Shown here piece by piece: positions 17,175-26,707 of a stretch of DNA of 64,000 nt. The notes under the pieces are model-generated. The model made no database searches. It was not told the origin of the DNA and was given only the letters and a program-made list of their open reading frames with translations. The position numbers were made by a program, and so were the translations under genes. The number at the start of each line of letters is the position of its first letter. The stretch's first letter is position 1. This stretch comes from an uncultured delta proteobacterium (GTDB taxonomy: Bacteria > Desulfobacterota > Binatia > UBA9968): positions 64,001 through 128,000 of the forward strand of contig CAVUZH010000025.1 in the NCBI GenBank assembly GCA_963745835.1, written 5' to 3'.

Positions 17175-20100
17175 ATGATCGTAAGTTCCAAACGTTCGAC
17201 ACAAGACTGGCTCCTTCTGGTCGGTCTGTTTTGTTTCTTCTTTTCCGGCGCCGCCGGCCTTGTTTATCAGGTGGTATGGACCCGGATGCTGACGCAGATC
17301 TTCGGTAATACGACCTATGCTATCGCAACGGTTCTGTCTGCGTTCATGGCAGGATTGGCGATCGGCAGTTATCTGTTCGGCAAGATAGCCGATCGCGGCA
17401 AAAACGATTTCTTGCTGTATGGTCTACTCGAAGCAGGCGTGGGCATTTATGGATTTGCCGTCCCGTGGCTGTTTGCTTTAGCGCAAAAAGCCTACGGTCC
17501 GATTTTCGGATTGAACGAATCGTATCCATTCCTGTTCAACCTAGTCCTTTTCTTTCTATCATTTGTGCTGCTGGTTTTTCCCACCTTGCTAATGGGCGCA
17601 ACTTTGCCGGTTCTGAGCCGATTTTATGTGCGCAGCTTTTCGCAGTTTGGTCGCCGGGTAGGCGACCTTTACGCGACTAACACAACCGGAGCGGTGATCG
17701 GTTGCGCGGCTGCCGGATTTTTTCTCATTCCAACGTTTGGTATGCGTACAACGGTATATGTGGCGGCGGGGTTGAATTTGATCATCGCCGCGCTGATTCT
17801 CATCGTCGACCGATTGCGGGACAAGAAGCCGCTGGAATTCAAGACGGCCAGCGCAGACGAGATACCTGAGACACCGGTGACGGACAATTCGCCGCCCTGG
17901 CTCGGCTGGGTGGTCCTGGTTTCCTTCGGGTTGTCCGGTTTTGCCTCGCTCGTATATGAGAATGCCTGGACACGCGCGCTGACGTTGGTGATCGGCAGCT
18001 CGATCTACTCATTCACCACTATGCTGGTGACATTTCTGATCGGGCTTGCCCTAGGAGGATTTATCTATGCCCGCTTCTTAGGCCAGCGGGAACCTCGCTT
18101 GAGTAGCTTCGGCCTAATCGAATTGTGGGTTGGATTGGCGGCGCTCGCCACAATACCGCTGTTTGAACGGCTGCCGCTGATCTTTGTCCGTTTGCTGCAC
18201 GGCTTCGGCGATACGTTTACTGTTTTTCTCTACTTGCAAATATTTCTATCGGCTCTCGTCATGTTCGTTCCCACGGTTCTTTTGGGCATGACGTTTCCCT
18301 TAGTCGCGCGCCTGTTTACTCAAAGTCTTTACCGGGTCGGCAGCGGCGTCGGCAGCTCGTACGCCGCCAACACCATAGGAGCGGTGCTGGGCGCCTTTGC
18401 AGGCGGATTTATTTTGATTCCGACTATCGGCGTTCAGAATGCGATCATTTTCGCAGTGGTGATGAATTTGCTGATCGGTTGCGCGCTGGTCGCGAGCGAT
18501 CCCAAGCTCGCGCCGCTGCCGCGAGCGATGCTGGGCGTGGCGGTTTTAATTTTGGCGGTCCTGGTGCCGTTCAAAGTGCAACGTTGGGATCCGCACATCC
18601 TGACCAGCGGCGTCACTATCTATAACGACCGCTATGAGAGCTTGCCTTCGGATTCGTTGCGGATTGAGGAGATGAAACGTGACGATATTTTGTTTTATCG
18701 AGAAGGGCTGACCACCACAGTCAGTGTCCATCAAATCTCCGGCAGCGACTATATCTATTTTAAATCCAACGGCAAAATCGACGGCTCGTACGGCGACGCT
18801 CTGAGCCAATTGATGACCAGCTACATTCCCATGTTGCTTCATCCGAAAGCCGAACAGGCGCTCACGATTGGGCTCGGCAGCGGTCACTCGGCCAAGGCGC
18901 TTGCAACTTTTGATACGGTGAAAGAGATCGAAGTCATCGAGATCGAACCGGCCATGATCGAAGCAAGCAAATATTTCGATCGCGCGTCCGTCGAGATGGA
19001 AGAATTTCCCGAGGGGATGTCCCTTCCGAACACGCCCGCCGGTCGGATCTGGTACGACGACCAGAAGAAGCGTCTTTTCTACAAAGGCGTTATGGAAGAT
19101 GACGAACGCTCAAAGCTCATGTCTCTCTCCGAGGACAGGGAATATCGCGGCGCGGTCGATCGCCTCTATCGAAACGCGCGCCATTCGCGCCATTCCAGCG
19201 TTCTTGAAGATAAAAGGGTGCGGGTGATTCCGACCGACGGCCGCAACTATATCTTAGCCACCCCCAAATATTACGACATCATCACCGCGGAGCCTTCCAA
19301 TCCATGGATTGCCGGCATTGCCAACCTCTATACTCGGGAGTTTTATCAGGTCATTAAATCCAAGATTAAGGATGACGGTATTTTTGCGCAGTGGTTTCAT
19401 AATTACTCGATGTCGCCGGACGACTTTCGCATGGTTTTCCGCACCTTCGTCGAGGCATTTCCGCATGTTTCATTGTGGTCGATGAAAGAGAGCGATTTCC
19501 TTCTGATCGGCAGCAAACAGGAGCATCCGTTCGATTACGCTGCAGTCAAGAAGATCTATGACAACAATCCGATGTTAAGATCGGATTTTGAATATCTCGG
19601 TTTGTCCGATGTTTATGCTGCTCAGGGATTCTATCGAATGAATCGAGATGGTTTTCTGGCTTTCTCTAAGGACGCCGACATCAATACCGATGACGGAGCG
19701 CAACTGGAATTTTCCGCGCCAAAAAACTTGCGACGGCCGACCACTGAGCTCAATCGCCAGCTAATGACGCCGCATCTCATAGAAGCGCCATGGCTCAAAT
19801 CACGCCCACCCGAGGTTTCCGAGGCCATGCACCATTACTATATGGCGGAATCGTATGCGGCGAGCCTCTCGCGCAATCGGGCGCTGGCCGAGTTGGAGCA
19901 AGCTATCAAGCTGGAGCCCAATAATCCGAAATTTTATTTGCTTCAAGCAAAGGTATTGTTGGATCAGGATAAGAGCACGGAAGGCGCCAAAGCCGCTTTT
20001 GCCGCTCTCGAACGAGACAAAGACGCGATCTCTCAAGTCCTGGCGATGAGCGACGAGTTCTATCTACCCGACGCCAAGGCTGTCTACAGCAAAATTATCC

Positions 20101-20603
20101 AGATGGGCACCAAAGAAGTTTTGCCTTACCTGGGTCTGGGTAATATCGCCCTTCACTCGGGGGATATTCCCGAAGCGGAGAAATGGTTCTCCCGGGCTGG
20201 GGAAATTGACGCCGAGCATCCGGCGGTGCTGCTAGCATGGGGGCGCTTAATCGCCGCCCAGGCGAAGGCCCAAACCGATGAAACCCGCGCCAAAACCCAA
20301 CTTCAAGAGGCTAGAGAATTTTTGGAGAAATCTAAATCCAAGGGCGAAGACTCGGCCACGATTCATTCCGAACTCGGCGAGATCTATTTACGACTGCAAA
20401 TGTGGGATAAGGCTGCCGCCTCTTACGAGGAAGCATTGCGGCTGCGCCGGAGAAGAAATGATTGGCGACGAATACTTGGTCAGGCTTATGCCCAGCTTGG
20501 CCGGACTGGGGAGGCGGAACGGAAATTCCGCGAAGTCTTGGCATTCAGCCCTGACGACGTCGAAGCATGGAGAGGCCTCCAATCTATCGGTAAGAAGTAT
20601 TAG
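17175..20603 (+). CDS. Fused multi-TM (MFS-like) / spermidine-synthase-like SAM-binding / TPR protein
   Basis: FFSGAAGLVYQVVWTR and repeated LSGFASLVYENAWTR membrane halves; TIGLGSG, EIEPAMIEA, DGRNY, YDIITAEPSNPW; C-terminal TPR-like helices. Confidence 0.9.
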   Translation: MIVSSKRSTQDWLLLVGLFCFFFSGAAGLVYQVVWTRMLTQIFGNTTYAIATVLSAFMAGLAIGSYLFGKIADRGKNDFLLYGLLEAGVGIYGFAVPWLFALAQKAYGPIFGLNESYPFLFNLVLFFLSFVLLVFPTLLMGATLPVLSRFYVRSFSQFGRRVGDLYATNTTGAVIGCAAAGFFLIPTFGMRTTVYVAAGLNLIIAALILIVDRLRDKKPLEFKTASADEIPETPVTDNSPPWLGWVVLVSFGLSGFASLVYENAWTRALTLVIGSSIYSFTTMLVTFLIGLALGGFIYARFLGQREPRLSSFGLIELWVGLAALATIPLFERLPLIFVRLLHGFGDTFTVFLYLQIFLSALVMFVPTVLLGMTFPLVARLFTQSLYRVGSGVGSSYAANTIGAVLGAFAGGFILIPTIGVQNAIIFAVVMNLLIGCALVASDPKLAPLPRAMLGVAVLILAVLVPFKVQRWDPHILTSGVTIYNDRYESLPSDSLRIEEMKRDDILFYREGLTTTVSVHQISGSDYIYFKSNGKIDGSYGDALSQLMTSYIPMLLHPKAEQALTIGLGSGHSAKALATFDTVKEIEVIEIEPAMIEASKYFDRASVEMEEFPEGMSLPNTPAGRIWYDDQKKRLFYKGVMEDDERSKLMSLSEDREYRGAVDRLYRNARHSRHSSVLEDKRVRVIPTDGRNYILATPKYYDIITAEPSNPWIAGIANLYTREFYQVIKSKIKDDGIFAQWFHNYSMSPDDFRMVFRTFVEAFPHVSLWSMKESDFLLIGSKQEHPFDYAAVKKIYDNNPMLRSDFEYLGLSDVYAAQGFYRMNRDGFLAFSKDADINTDDGAQLEFSAPKNLRRPTTELNRQLMTPHLIEAPWLKSRPPEVSEAMHHYYMAESYAASLSRNRALAELEQAIKLEPNNPKFYLLQAKVLLDQDKSTEGAKAAFAALERDKDAISQVLAMSDEFYLPDAKAVYSKIIQMGTKEVLPYLGLGNIALHSGDIPEAEKWFSRAGEIDAEHPAVLLAWGRLIAAQAKAQTDETRAKTQLQEAREFLEKSKSKGEDSATIHSELGEIYLRLQMWDKAAASYEEALRLRRRRNDWRRILGQAYAQLGRTGEAERKFREVLAFSPDDVEAWRGLQSIGKKY

Positions 20604-20629
20604 ATTTGGCTTTGCTGTCTCATCTCGAC

Positions 20630-20674
20630 AAAGACAAAGGCCCATTGGCTCAGTGCCATGGGCCTTTGTCTTTT
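20630..20674 (+). terminator. Strong hairpin / probable terminator
   Basis: AAAGACAAAGGCCCAT...ATGGGCCTTTGTCTTT 16-bp stem ending in a T-run, 27 bp after the stop. Confidence 0.7.
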
Positions 20675-20753
20675 GCGCTCCCGGACGACTTTGCAGTTCC
20701 TGCCGGTACGCTCTATTTTGGCAATGACCGGAATGGGCTGAAGGAGAAATCTC

Positions 20754-21566
20754 ATGGTAACTGGAAAGATCGGCATTGTCGGGGCGGGGAAGATCGGTTC
20801 GGCAATTGCGCGAGGTATCATTCGGTCGGGTCTCGTAACTAACGATCAGGTTATGGCCAGCGATGTCAGCGATGCTTTGCGGCGGGCCATCGGTAACGAG
20901 TTGGGAATCGGTGTAACGGCGGATAATCGACAGCTCTGTGACTTTGCCGATGTCGTGATCTTGGCCGTCAAGCCGCAGATTCTCGACTCGGTCGTGAAGC
21001 AAATGGCAAAAAGTTTTGGCGCAGGGAAGCTGCTGGTTTCGGTTGCAGCGGGCGTGCCGCTTTCCCGCATTGAAGCCGGCTTGGCGCCCGGCGCTCGCGT
21101 CGTCCGTGTGATGCCTAATATTTGCTGCGTGGTTGGCGCCGGTGCCGCGGCTTACGCAGCAGGGGCGCACGCTACGCCGCAGGATTTGGAAATCGTTGAT
21201 GCGATTCTCAACAGTTTCGGGATTGGCTTGCCCGTCGAGGAAAAAGATTTGGATGCGGTCACCGGGCTGAGCGGTAGCGGGCCGGCCTATGTTTTCCTTT
21301 TCATTGAGGCTCTGGCGGATGGCGGCGTCAAAGTTGGTTTATCGCGCGAGGTGGCGCTCAAGCTTGCGCTTCATACTGTCTTTGGCGCTGCGCGCATGGC
21401 GCTCGATAGTGCCAAACACCTGAGCGAACTCAAAGACGAGGTGACTTCGCCGGGCGGCACTACCATCGCAGGCCTGTATGCCCTAGAGCAGAACTCTTTT
21501 AAAGGAATCGTGATGGAAGCGGTTGTCAGCGCGACTAAACGCTCGCAGGAACTGGGGAAAGGATAA
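20754..21566 (+). CDS. proC: Pyrroline-5-carboxylate reductase
   Basis: GIVGAGKIG, ILAVKPQ, VRVMPN, AVTGLSGSGPAY, VTSPGGTTIAGL. Confidence 0.97.
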   Translation: MVTGKIGIVGAGKIGSAIARGIIRSGLVTNDQVMASDVSDALRRAIGNELGIGVTADNRQLCDFADVVILAVKPQILDSVVKQMAKSFGAGKLLVSVAAGVPLSRIEAGLAPGARVVRVMPNICCVVGAGAAAYAAGAHATPQDLEIVDAILNSFGIGLPVEEKDLDAVTGLSGSGPAYVFLFIEALADGGVKVGLSREVALKLALHTVFGAARMALDSAKHLSELKDEVTSPGGTTIAGLYALEQNSFKGIVMEAVVSATKRSQELGKG

Positions 21567-21629
21567 AAAGGTCGAGATGAAACCTGAAAGACCAATAATA
21601 CTCCTATTAGCAGCAGCCTGGATTCGTGC

Positions 21630-22214
21630 TTACTTCCTTTTCCAATTTCCTTGCGCGTCCTGGATCCACCAGCCCGATTGAGCCTGATCTATCCAGCTCT
21701 TGGCAAAAATTCCCTTAATCTTCGGCACCGCATCGGGAGGAATATTGTTGGCCTTTGCAATCTCCGCGTACAGCGCTTCGCGGTCGCGGTTCTCGGCTTC
21801 GATCAGCTGTTGCACTTCAGCACGCTCTTTGAGGCTTAATCCCTCACTGCTGCGAACCACCAGCAGGCCGCCTTGATTGATGCCGGCACTGCCTTTGTCC
21901 ATATAGGGTTTGATGGCTCCGCTGCGGCGCTTTATCGAATCCCTCAGTCCGCGGATCGCCGGGTTGGACACATTGATATCGGCTTCTTGGGCGAACGCCT
22001 CACGGGTCAGGCTGAGCGAGAGGGTTCGGTGCGGGGCAAATGGCAGCAGGCTCTGAGGCTGAACGCGCTCCGATTTCCCGTTCGAACCGCCCCACGTCTC
22101 TTTAACTATTTCATCTGCGGCGCGCTGGACCGCGGCGGCGGGAAAATAGATGTTTACTGTGACGCAGGCACTCAGAATAAGTAATAAAACCACTGTAACT
22201 CGTCCCCGCATCAT
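21630..22214 (-). CDS. Lipoprotein with YnbE-like N-terminus and YdbL/DUF1318 C-terminal domain
   Basis: Lipobox LSAC followed by VTVNIYFP; AENRDREALYAEIA and GWWIQDAQGNWKRK are typical of DUF1318. Confidence 0.8.
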   Translation of the reverse strand: MMRGRVTVVLLLILSACVTVNIYFPAAAVQRAADEIVKETWGGSNGKSERVQPQSLLPFAPHRTLSLSLTREAFAQEADINVSNPAIRGLRDSIKRRSGAIKPYMDKGSAGINQGGLLVVRSSEGLSLKERAEVQQLIEAENRDREALYAEIAKANNIPPDAVPKIKGIFAKSWIDQAQSGWWIQDAQGNWKRK

Positions 22215-22221
22215 TCCTCCA

Positions 22222-25200
22222 TTATTTTACTTGCGGCTTCTCCGTTGTGATCCGCTCTAGTCTTCGCAACAGCTCAGAGAAGCCAATCTCCTGCGTGTGG
22301 CTGATGATATTAACCGTGGGCGGCAGCAGGGTTCCGACGACGAGAAATTCTTTGCCGTCGCGGCTTTCGACTCCTCGTAGTGTCAATTTGTCGTTTCTCA
22401 GGCTCGCCCTGAAGCCCATTTTACTGTAACGGAAATTGTCGAATAATCCGGCTAAACCGCCGTAAAGCACATTCGAATCCTGTCCGGAACTCAGGATAGT
22501 GATTTTGTTCAAAGCTTCGACGCTGATCCACTGACTACTTTCCGGCCGTTCGACGGTTTCAACCTGAGCTTGAAAGCGCGCCGGTTGCCCCTCCGTGATC
22601 ACAAGATCGTCAACCGCTCCCTCTAAAATGCCCGAGATCTTGCCAAATGCAAAGGTATCGGAAACTTGCTCCAGGCGAATTTTTTGAAAGCGCGCTGCCA
22701 ATTTGAGCGATGGGACGGTGGAGAACAGATTCTCGATCTCCATTTGATCAATTTGCAGCTGCCCGCCGAACAGGTCCGCGTGTACCTGACCCTCGCTGCG
22801 CAGTGTGTCTCCGGTCGAACGAATCTGCGGGATGGTTCCGCTCAATGTTCCGCTAAAGCGGGGCCATCCCAAAGCATCGGTCAATTCCTGCAGTTGTAAA
22901 AGCCTTAAGTCGAGAGCAAAGGACATCGCTTTCGGATCGTTGACAACGTCAGGCCAGGCTAAATTAGTGATCTCCACGGTGCCGCCAAAAATCACCAGTC
23001 GAACCGGTTGGTGGAAAATCAACGTATTATTAGATAGGGAAATCGCGCTGGTTATGGGTGCGAACGAGCGCGAGCCGAAACGGCCGCCACCAATCGAAAG
23101 AATTCCGGGCGGAGTGCGGTTCACGCTGTTTGATTTTTCCGGATAACTGACCTGGAACGGTAAGGTAAGAGCAAGCGGACCGATTTCCCATTCATTGGCT
23201 CCGCGGCGCAGTTCGCCGCCTTGCAAAGTCATGCGCCCCTCGGTAATCAGGCGGTCCCAATTGCCGCGCGCGTGAAGCTGAAAAGCGATTTGTCCGCCAA
23301 TGCTTAACTTGTCGATGAATGGATATTGACGCTTAAAGTTTTCCTGAACGAAAGAAGTAAAGAAGCCGCCGGCACTTAAATTATCGCTGTGCGCTTGGAT
23401 TTCGATCGATGGCGCCCGCGCCAGCTGATTGATCGTGCCGCTAACCTCGATGGCTCCGGTAGACGCAAGAGTTAACCGGCCCTGACGTAGCCGTATGCTG
23501 TCGTCGTCGCGTAAATAATCGCCGTCGAATTCCAACACCGGTCGTTGTCCACCCAAACCAGCGAAAAACTTCCCCCATAACATTTCACCGCGTTGTAACG
23601 ACAGCTTGCCGGCGATCCGCATTGGATGGCGCTCGGTATTGGAGACAACCTCGACGCTGCCCGACAAGAGGAGATTCTCGCCGAGCTTAGTGCCGTCAGC
23701 CGACGCAAAGCGGCCCCCGTTTATTTGAACTCGCCCATTTACGACTAACGGCGCTTCCGGTGTGTATGCAAGCGAACCATTGATCTGCACCTGCTCGGCG
23801 CCGGCTTTAGTACGGTCCTTTTCGCCTGATACCAGCGATTGCCCTTTGAGCGAGACGTCCTTTAGTTTGAGCGATGAAGCGGTCCAATCGATCGGCGCAT
23901 GTAAAGCGATATCGGCCAAAGAAAAGTTACCGCCATGGAGGTCTAATTTGTTGCTACTGATTGCGCCGGTCACTTGCAAAGTTTTCCAAGATCCGTTGAC
24001 GGTTAATTCCGCTGCGGCCATTCCACGGTAAGTCCACTGATTCACAGGCTCGGGCAGGAATCTCTTAAGAACCTGCCACGGCACGCTATTAATCGACAGT
24101 TGCCCACGATTGACACCCAAGTCGCTGCCGGTGCTAACACTACCTTGCACATGAGCCGCGCCGAGCGGGGTAGCGATTTTCAAAGCCGTCACTGAGAAGA
24201 GCTTATCGATGGCTGAATAGCTGCCCATGAGGGTTGCCACAGCTGCCCCCTCACGACCTTCGCTTACTCCAGTGACGACGTTAGCAAAATCGGCGATTTC
24301 AAAGCGCGCCGCCACTGTTGCCTCAGTGAAATCCGGGTTGGGAATCACGCGAGCATCAAGGCCGCCGGTCACTGGTTTGGGGCCGATTTTTAGGTCTTTG
24401 AATTTGCCGATTACCGCCAAGCTGGGTGACCCGTTCGGAGTCCTTGTAAGCTTTGCCTCCAGACGCAACATTTCTTTTGCTACCTTGTCTGAACCGGCAA
24501 ACGGAACCAGACGCTCAGATAACGTTTCGCGGAGGACCAGATCGACTTTCGTGTCCTCGTTCTGCTGATTGAGAAACAGCTCCGCTTTGGCATTTAGCCG
24601 TGGCACGTCAGCATTCAAGCTAATGCCGCTCGATTGCCCGAAATTTAGATCTCTGGCGCGCAAGTTGATAGAAGAGAATTCAACGCGCTTACCGTCCGCT
24701 GTATTTAAAACGACGGCGCCGTCACGAATCTCCAAGTGACGTATTCGCAGCGGTGAAGATGCTTGGGCTGGGGCTTTCAGTATCTCCTCTAACTCCAGAT
24801 GAATCACCGGGCGTTCTATCGTCACTTGCTGAATGGTCTTGTACACGAGATCCAGAGGATTGACGCTCATCGCCACGTTGGCAGCAGTCGTTATAACATG
24901 ACCGGATTTTGCGATGGTCAGGGCGGCGCTGGTTATTTTAAATGGCAATCCGAAGTTGATGTCGCCAAAAGTGATTTCACAACCCGTCCTAATCGAAAGC
25001 TCACGTTCCAACCACAGCTGAAATCGTGAAGAGTTAAAAATTACAGAGAGCGTTCCATAGCCCAGAATGATGAGAGTGACACAGACCAGGGCTGACGTTA
25101 CGAGATAACGCTTCAAAGCAGCCAGAACATACACGCTGGTAATTATACGGGCAACCAGCGGGCGCGTTCGCATCAGTGCTGGAAGTATCCAAACTCTGTC

Positions 25201-25287
25201 GAGTAGATTATCAAGCGGGACGAATGTGAGCAGTGACAGCAACCATTGGCAGGTGTACTGGGAATTTTCCGACTCCGAATTGCTCAA
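22222..25287 (-). CDS. YdbH/AsmA-like intermembrane lipid-bridge protein
   Basis: Single N-terminal TM anchor, ~950 aa of beta-rich repeats, C-terminal NFRYSKMG motif, adjacent to a ydbL-like gene; true start probably near 25173. Confidence 0.75.
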   Translation of the reverse strand: MSNSESENSQYTCQWLLSLLTFVPLDNLLDRVWILPALMRTRPLVARIITSVYVLAALKRYLVTSALVCVTLIILGYGTLSVIFNSSRFQLWLERELSIRTGCEITFGDINFGLPFKITSAALTIAKSGHVITTAANVAMSVNPLDLVYKTIQQVTIERPVIHLELEEILKAPAQASSPLRIRHLEIRDGAVVLNTADGKRVEFSSINLRARDLNFGQSSGISLNADVPRLNAKAELFLNQQNEDTKVDLVLRETLSERLVPFAGSDKVAKEMLRLEAKLTRTPNGSPSLAVIGKFKDLKIGPKPVTGGLDARVIPNPDFTEATVAARFEIADFANVVTGVSEGREGAAVATLMGSYSAIDKLFSVTALKIATPLGAAHVQGSVSTGSDLGVNRGQLSINSVPWQVLKRFLPEPVNQWTYRGMAAAELTVNGSWKTLQVTGAISSNKLDLHGGNFSLADIALHAPIDWTASSLKLKDVSLKGQSLVSGEKDRTKAGAEQVQINGSLAYTPEAPLVVNGRVQINGGRFASADGTKLGENLLLSGSVEVVSNTERHPMRIAGKLSLQRGEMLWGKFFAGLGGQRPVLEFDGDYLRDDDSIRLRQGRLTLASTGAIEVSGTINQLARAPSIEIQAHSDNLSAGGFFTSFVQENFKRQYPFIDKLSIGGQIAFQLHARGNWDRLITEGRMTLQGGELRRGANEWEIGPLALTLPFQVSYPEKSNSVNRTPPGILSIGGGRFGSRSFAPITSAISLSNNTLIFHQPVRLVIFGGTVEITNLAWPDVVNDPKAMSFALDLRLLQLQELTDALGWPRFSGTLSGTIPQIRSTGDTLRSEGQVHADLFGGQLQIDQMEIENLFSTVPSLKLAARFQKIRLEQVSDTFAFGKISGILEGAVDDLVITEGQPARFQAQVETVERPESSQWISVEALNKITILSSGQDSNVLYGGLAGLFDNFRYSKMGFRASLRNDKLTLRGVESRDGKEFLVVGTLLPPTVNIISHTQEIGFSELLRRLERITTEKPQVK

Positions 25288-25410
25288 AAGAAGATTTTTG
25301 ACTACCTGTTGTAGTCGAGACGGGGTTCCCTCCTAGATCTAGTTTACTCCCGGTAGTTTCACGGTAGTAACCTTAAAGATTACATGGAGATTGTAAATGC
25401 TTAAATTTTC

Positions 25411-25439
25411 TTGACAAGCACAAATTCCTATATTACGGT
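25411..25439 (+). promoter_or_regulatory. sigma70-type promoter of the OmpA-family gene
   Basis: TTGACA-N17-TACGGT, 35 bp upstream of ATG 25474 with RBS GGGGAGGG. Confidence 0.65.
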
Positions 25440-25473
25440 AGCCCAAATTTTCACTACTTTTGGGGAGGGAGAG

Positions 25474-26199
25474 ATGCAAAACAATAAGTATTTGGCGTTG
25501 ACCGCGCTAGGCTTTTTCTTAGCTGGTTGCACGGGGATGACGCGTAATCAGGCCGCGCTGGTCGGCGCGTTGACATGCGGCGCCGCTGGCGCTGGCGGCG
25601 GCGCCTATGCCGCACATCAAGGTATCGATGGTAAACATCGCAATGAAGCGGCCGGAGCCGCGATCGGTGCGGTTAGCGGCGCATTAATTTGCGGTGGTCT
25701 TGGTTATTTATTTGGTGAGGATCCAAAACCGCCTCCGCCACCACCGCCGCCTCCTCCGCCACCACCGCCGCCTCCTCCGCCACCGCCACCGCCACCACCT
25801 CCGCCGCCCCCGCCGGCGCCGAAACCAACACCGCCGCCACCACCACCGGCGCCTAAGGTTGAGCGAACGATTATTCTCGATGACGTACTCTTTGACTTCG
25901 ACAGGAGCAACGTCAAGCCGGAAGCGGCTAAGATTCTTGATCGTCTGGTAGCTTTCATGCAGGAGAACAAGAATTCCAAGGTAACATTGTCAGGCCATAC
26001 GGATAATGTCGGTTCGGATGCCTACAATCAGAAGCTGTCAGAGCGCCGGGTTACGGCAGTCAGGGAATATGTCGTGAAGAAGGGTGTCGATGCCGGACGA
26101 ATCTCTGGACAGGGTTTTGGCGAGAGCAAGCCGATCGCTGACAACAAAACCCGGGAGGGTCGGTCCAAGAACCGCCGGGTCGAAATCAAAGTAAACTAG
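25474..26199 (+). CDS. OmpA-family lipoprotein with glycine zipper and polyproline linker
   Basis: Lipobox FLAGC, Gly-zipper helices, P29 run, OmpA_C motifs (VLFDFDRS, GHTDNVGSDAYNQKLSERR, NRRVEI). Confidence 0.92.
   Translation: MQNNKYLALTALGFFLAGCTGMTRNQAALVGALTCGAAGAGGGAYAAHQGIDGKHRNEAAGAAIGAVSGALICGGLGYLFGEDPKPPPPPPPPPPPPPPPPPPPPPPPPPPPPPAPKPTPPPPPPAPKVERTIILDDVLFDFDRSNVKPEAAKILDRLVAFMQENKNSKVTLSGHTDNVGSDAYNQKLSERRVTAVREYVVKKGVDAGRISGQGFGESKPIADNKTREGRSKNRRVEIKVN
25729..25815 (+). repeat. 29 consecutive proline codons including ~2.5 copies of a 21-nt unit
   Basis: Uninterrupted CCN codons; CCTCCGCCACCACCGCCGCCT repeated from 25732. Confidence 0.95.
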
Positions 26200-26226
26200 A
26201 ATCAGGTCAGCTAGGAGGGATTATCA

Positions 26227-26598
26227 ATGCGGATGCCAGGAAAGACGATTGTTTTTTTCCTCGCATCCGCATTGTTTTTCCCGGTTCTCGCTCCTGCTCA
26301 GAACTTTACGTTCAAGGAAATTGAAGCTCGAGTTCTCGAATATCGGAAGTGGTTGGACCAAGTCGGGTCCAGCGGTTCGCGCTACTGGATCCGATTAGAT
26401 AGCAGTAAAAGACCCCACAAGCTTTACGTGGGCGAAGGTTTCATGCAGGCAGGTCCCGACGAAAAGGAGAATTTTGTCGAGATCTTCTCGCGTTTTCTCG
26501 CCGGTCATCCTGAAAAAAATATGCTTATCGACATTTACGATGCCACCAATGGTAAGCCCATTGGTGAGTATGGTTTTGGCGGTTTTAAGCTTTTCTAG
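26227..26598 (+). CDS. Hypothetical secreted protein
   Basis: RBS AGGAGG, signal peptide ending APA-Q; no recognised family. Confidence 0.75.
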   Translation: MRMPGKTIVFFLASALFFPVLAPAQNFTFKEIEARVLEYRKWLDQVGSSGSRYWIRLDSSKRPHKLYVGEGFMQAGPDEKENFVEIFSRFLAGHPEKNMLIDIYDATNGKPIGEYGFGGFKLF

Positions 26599-26707
26599 TC
26601 GCTACTTTTCATCGTTTAAGGCCACCAGTAGTTTACTGGCTGACCTTACCTATCCAACGCGGCATACCGGGCTTTCATTCGCTTTTACATTTTTGTAGTA
26701 CAGCGGC

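Noticed and set aside
20604-20753. Riboswitch/T-box attenuator upstream of proC
   Set aside because: No T-box or aptamer motifs; the hairpin is adequately explained as the upstream gene's terminator
25704-25979. Poly-glycine ORF on the minus strand and His/Arg-rich ORF on the plus strand
   Set aside because: Shadow frames of the polyproline codons
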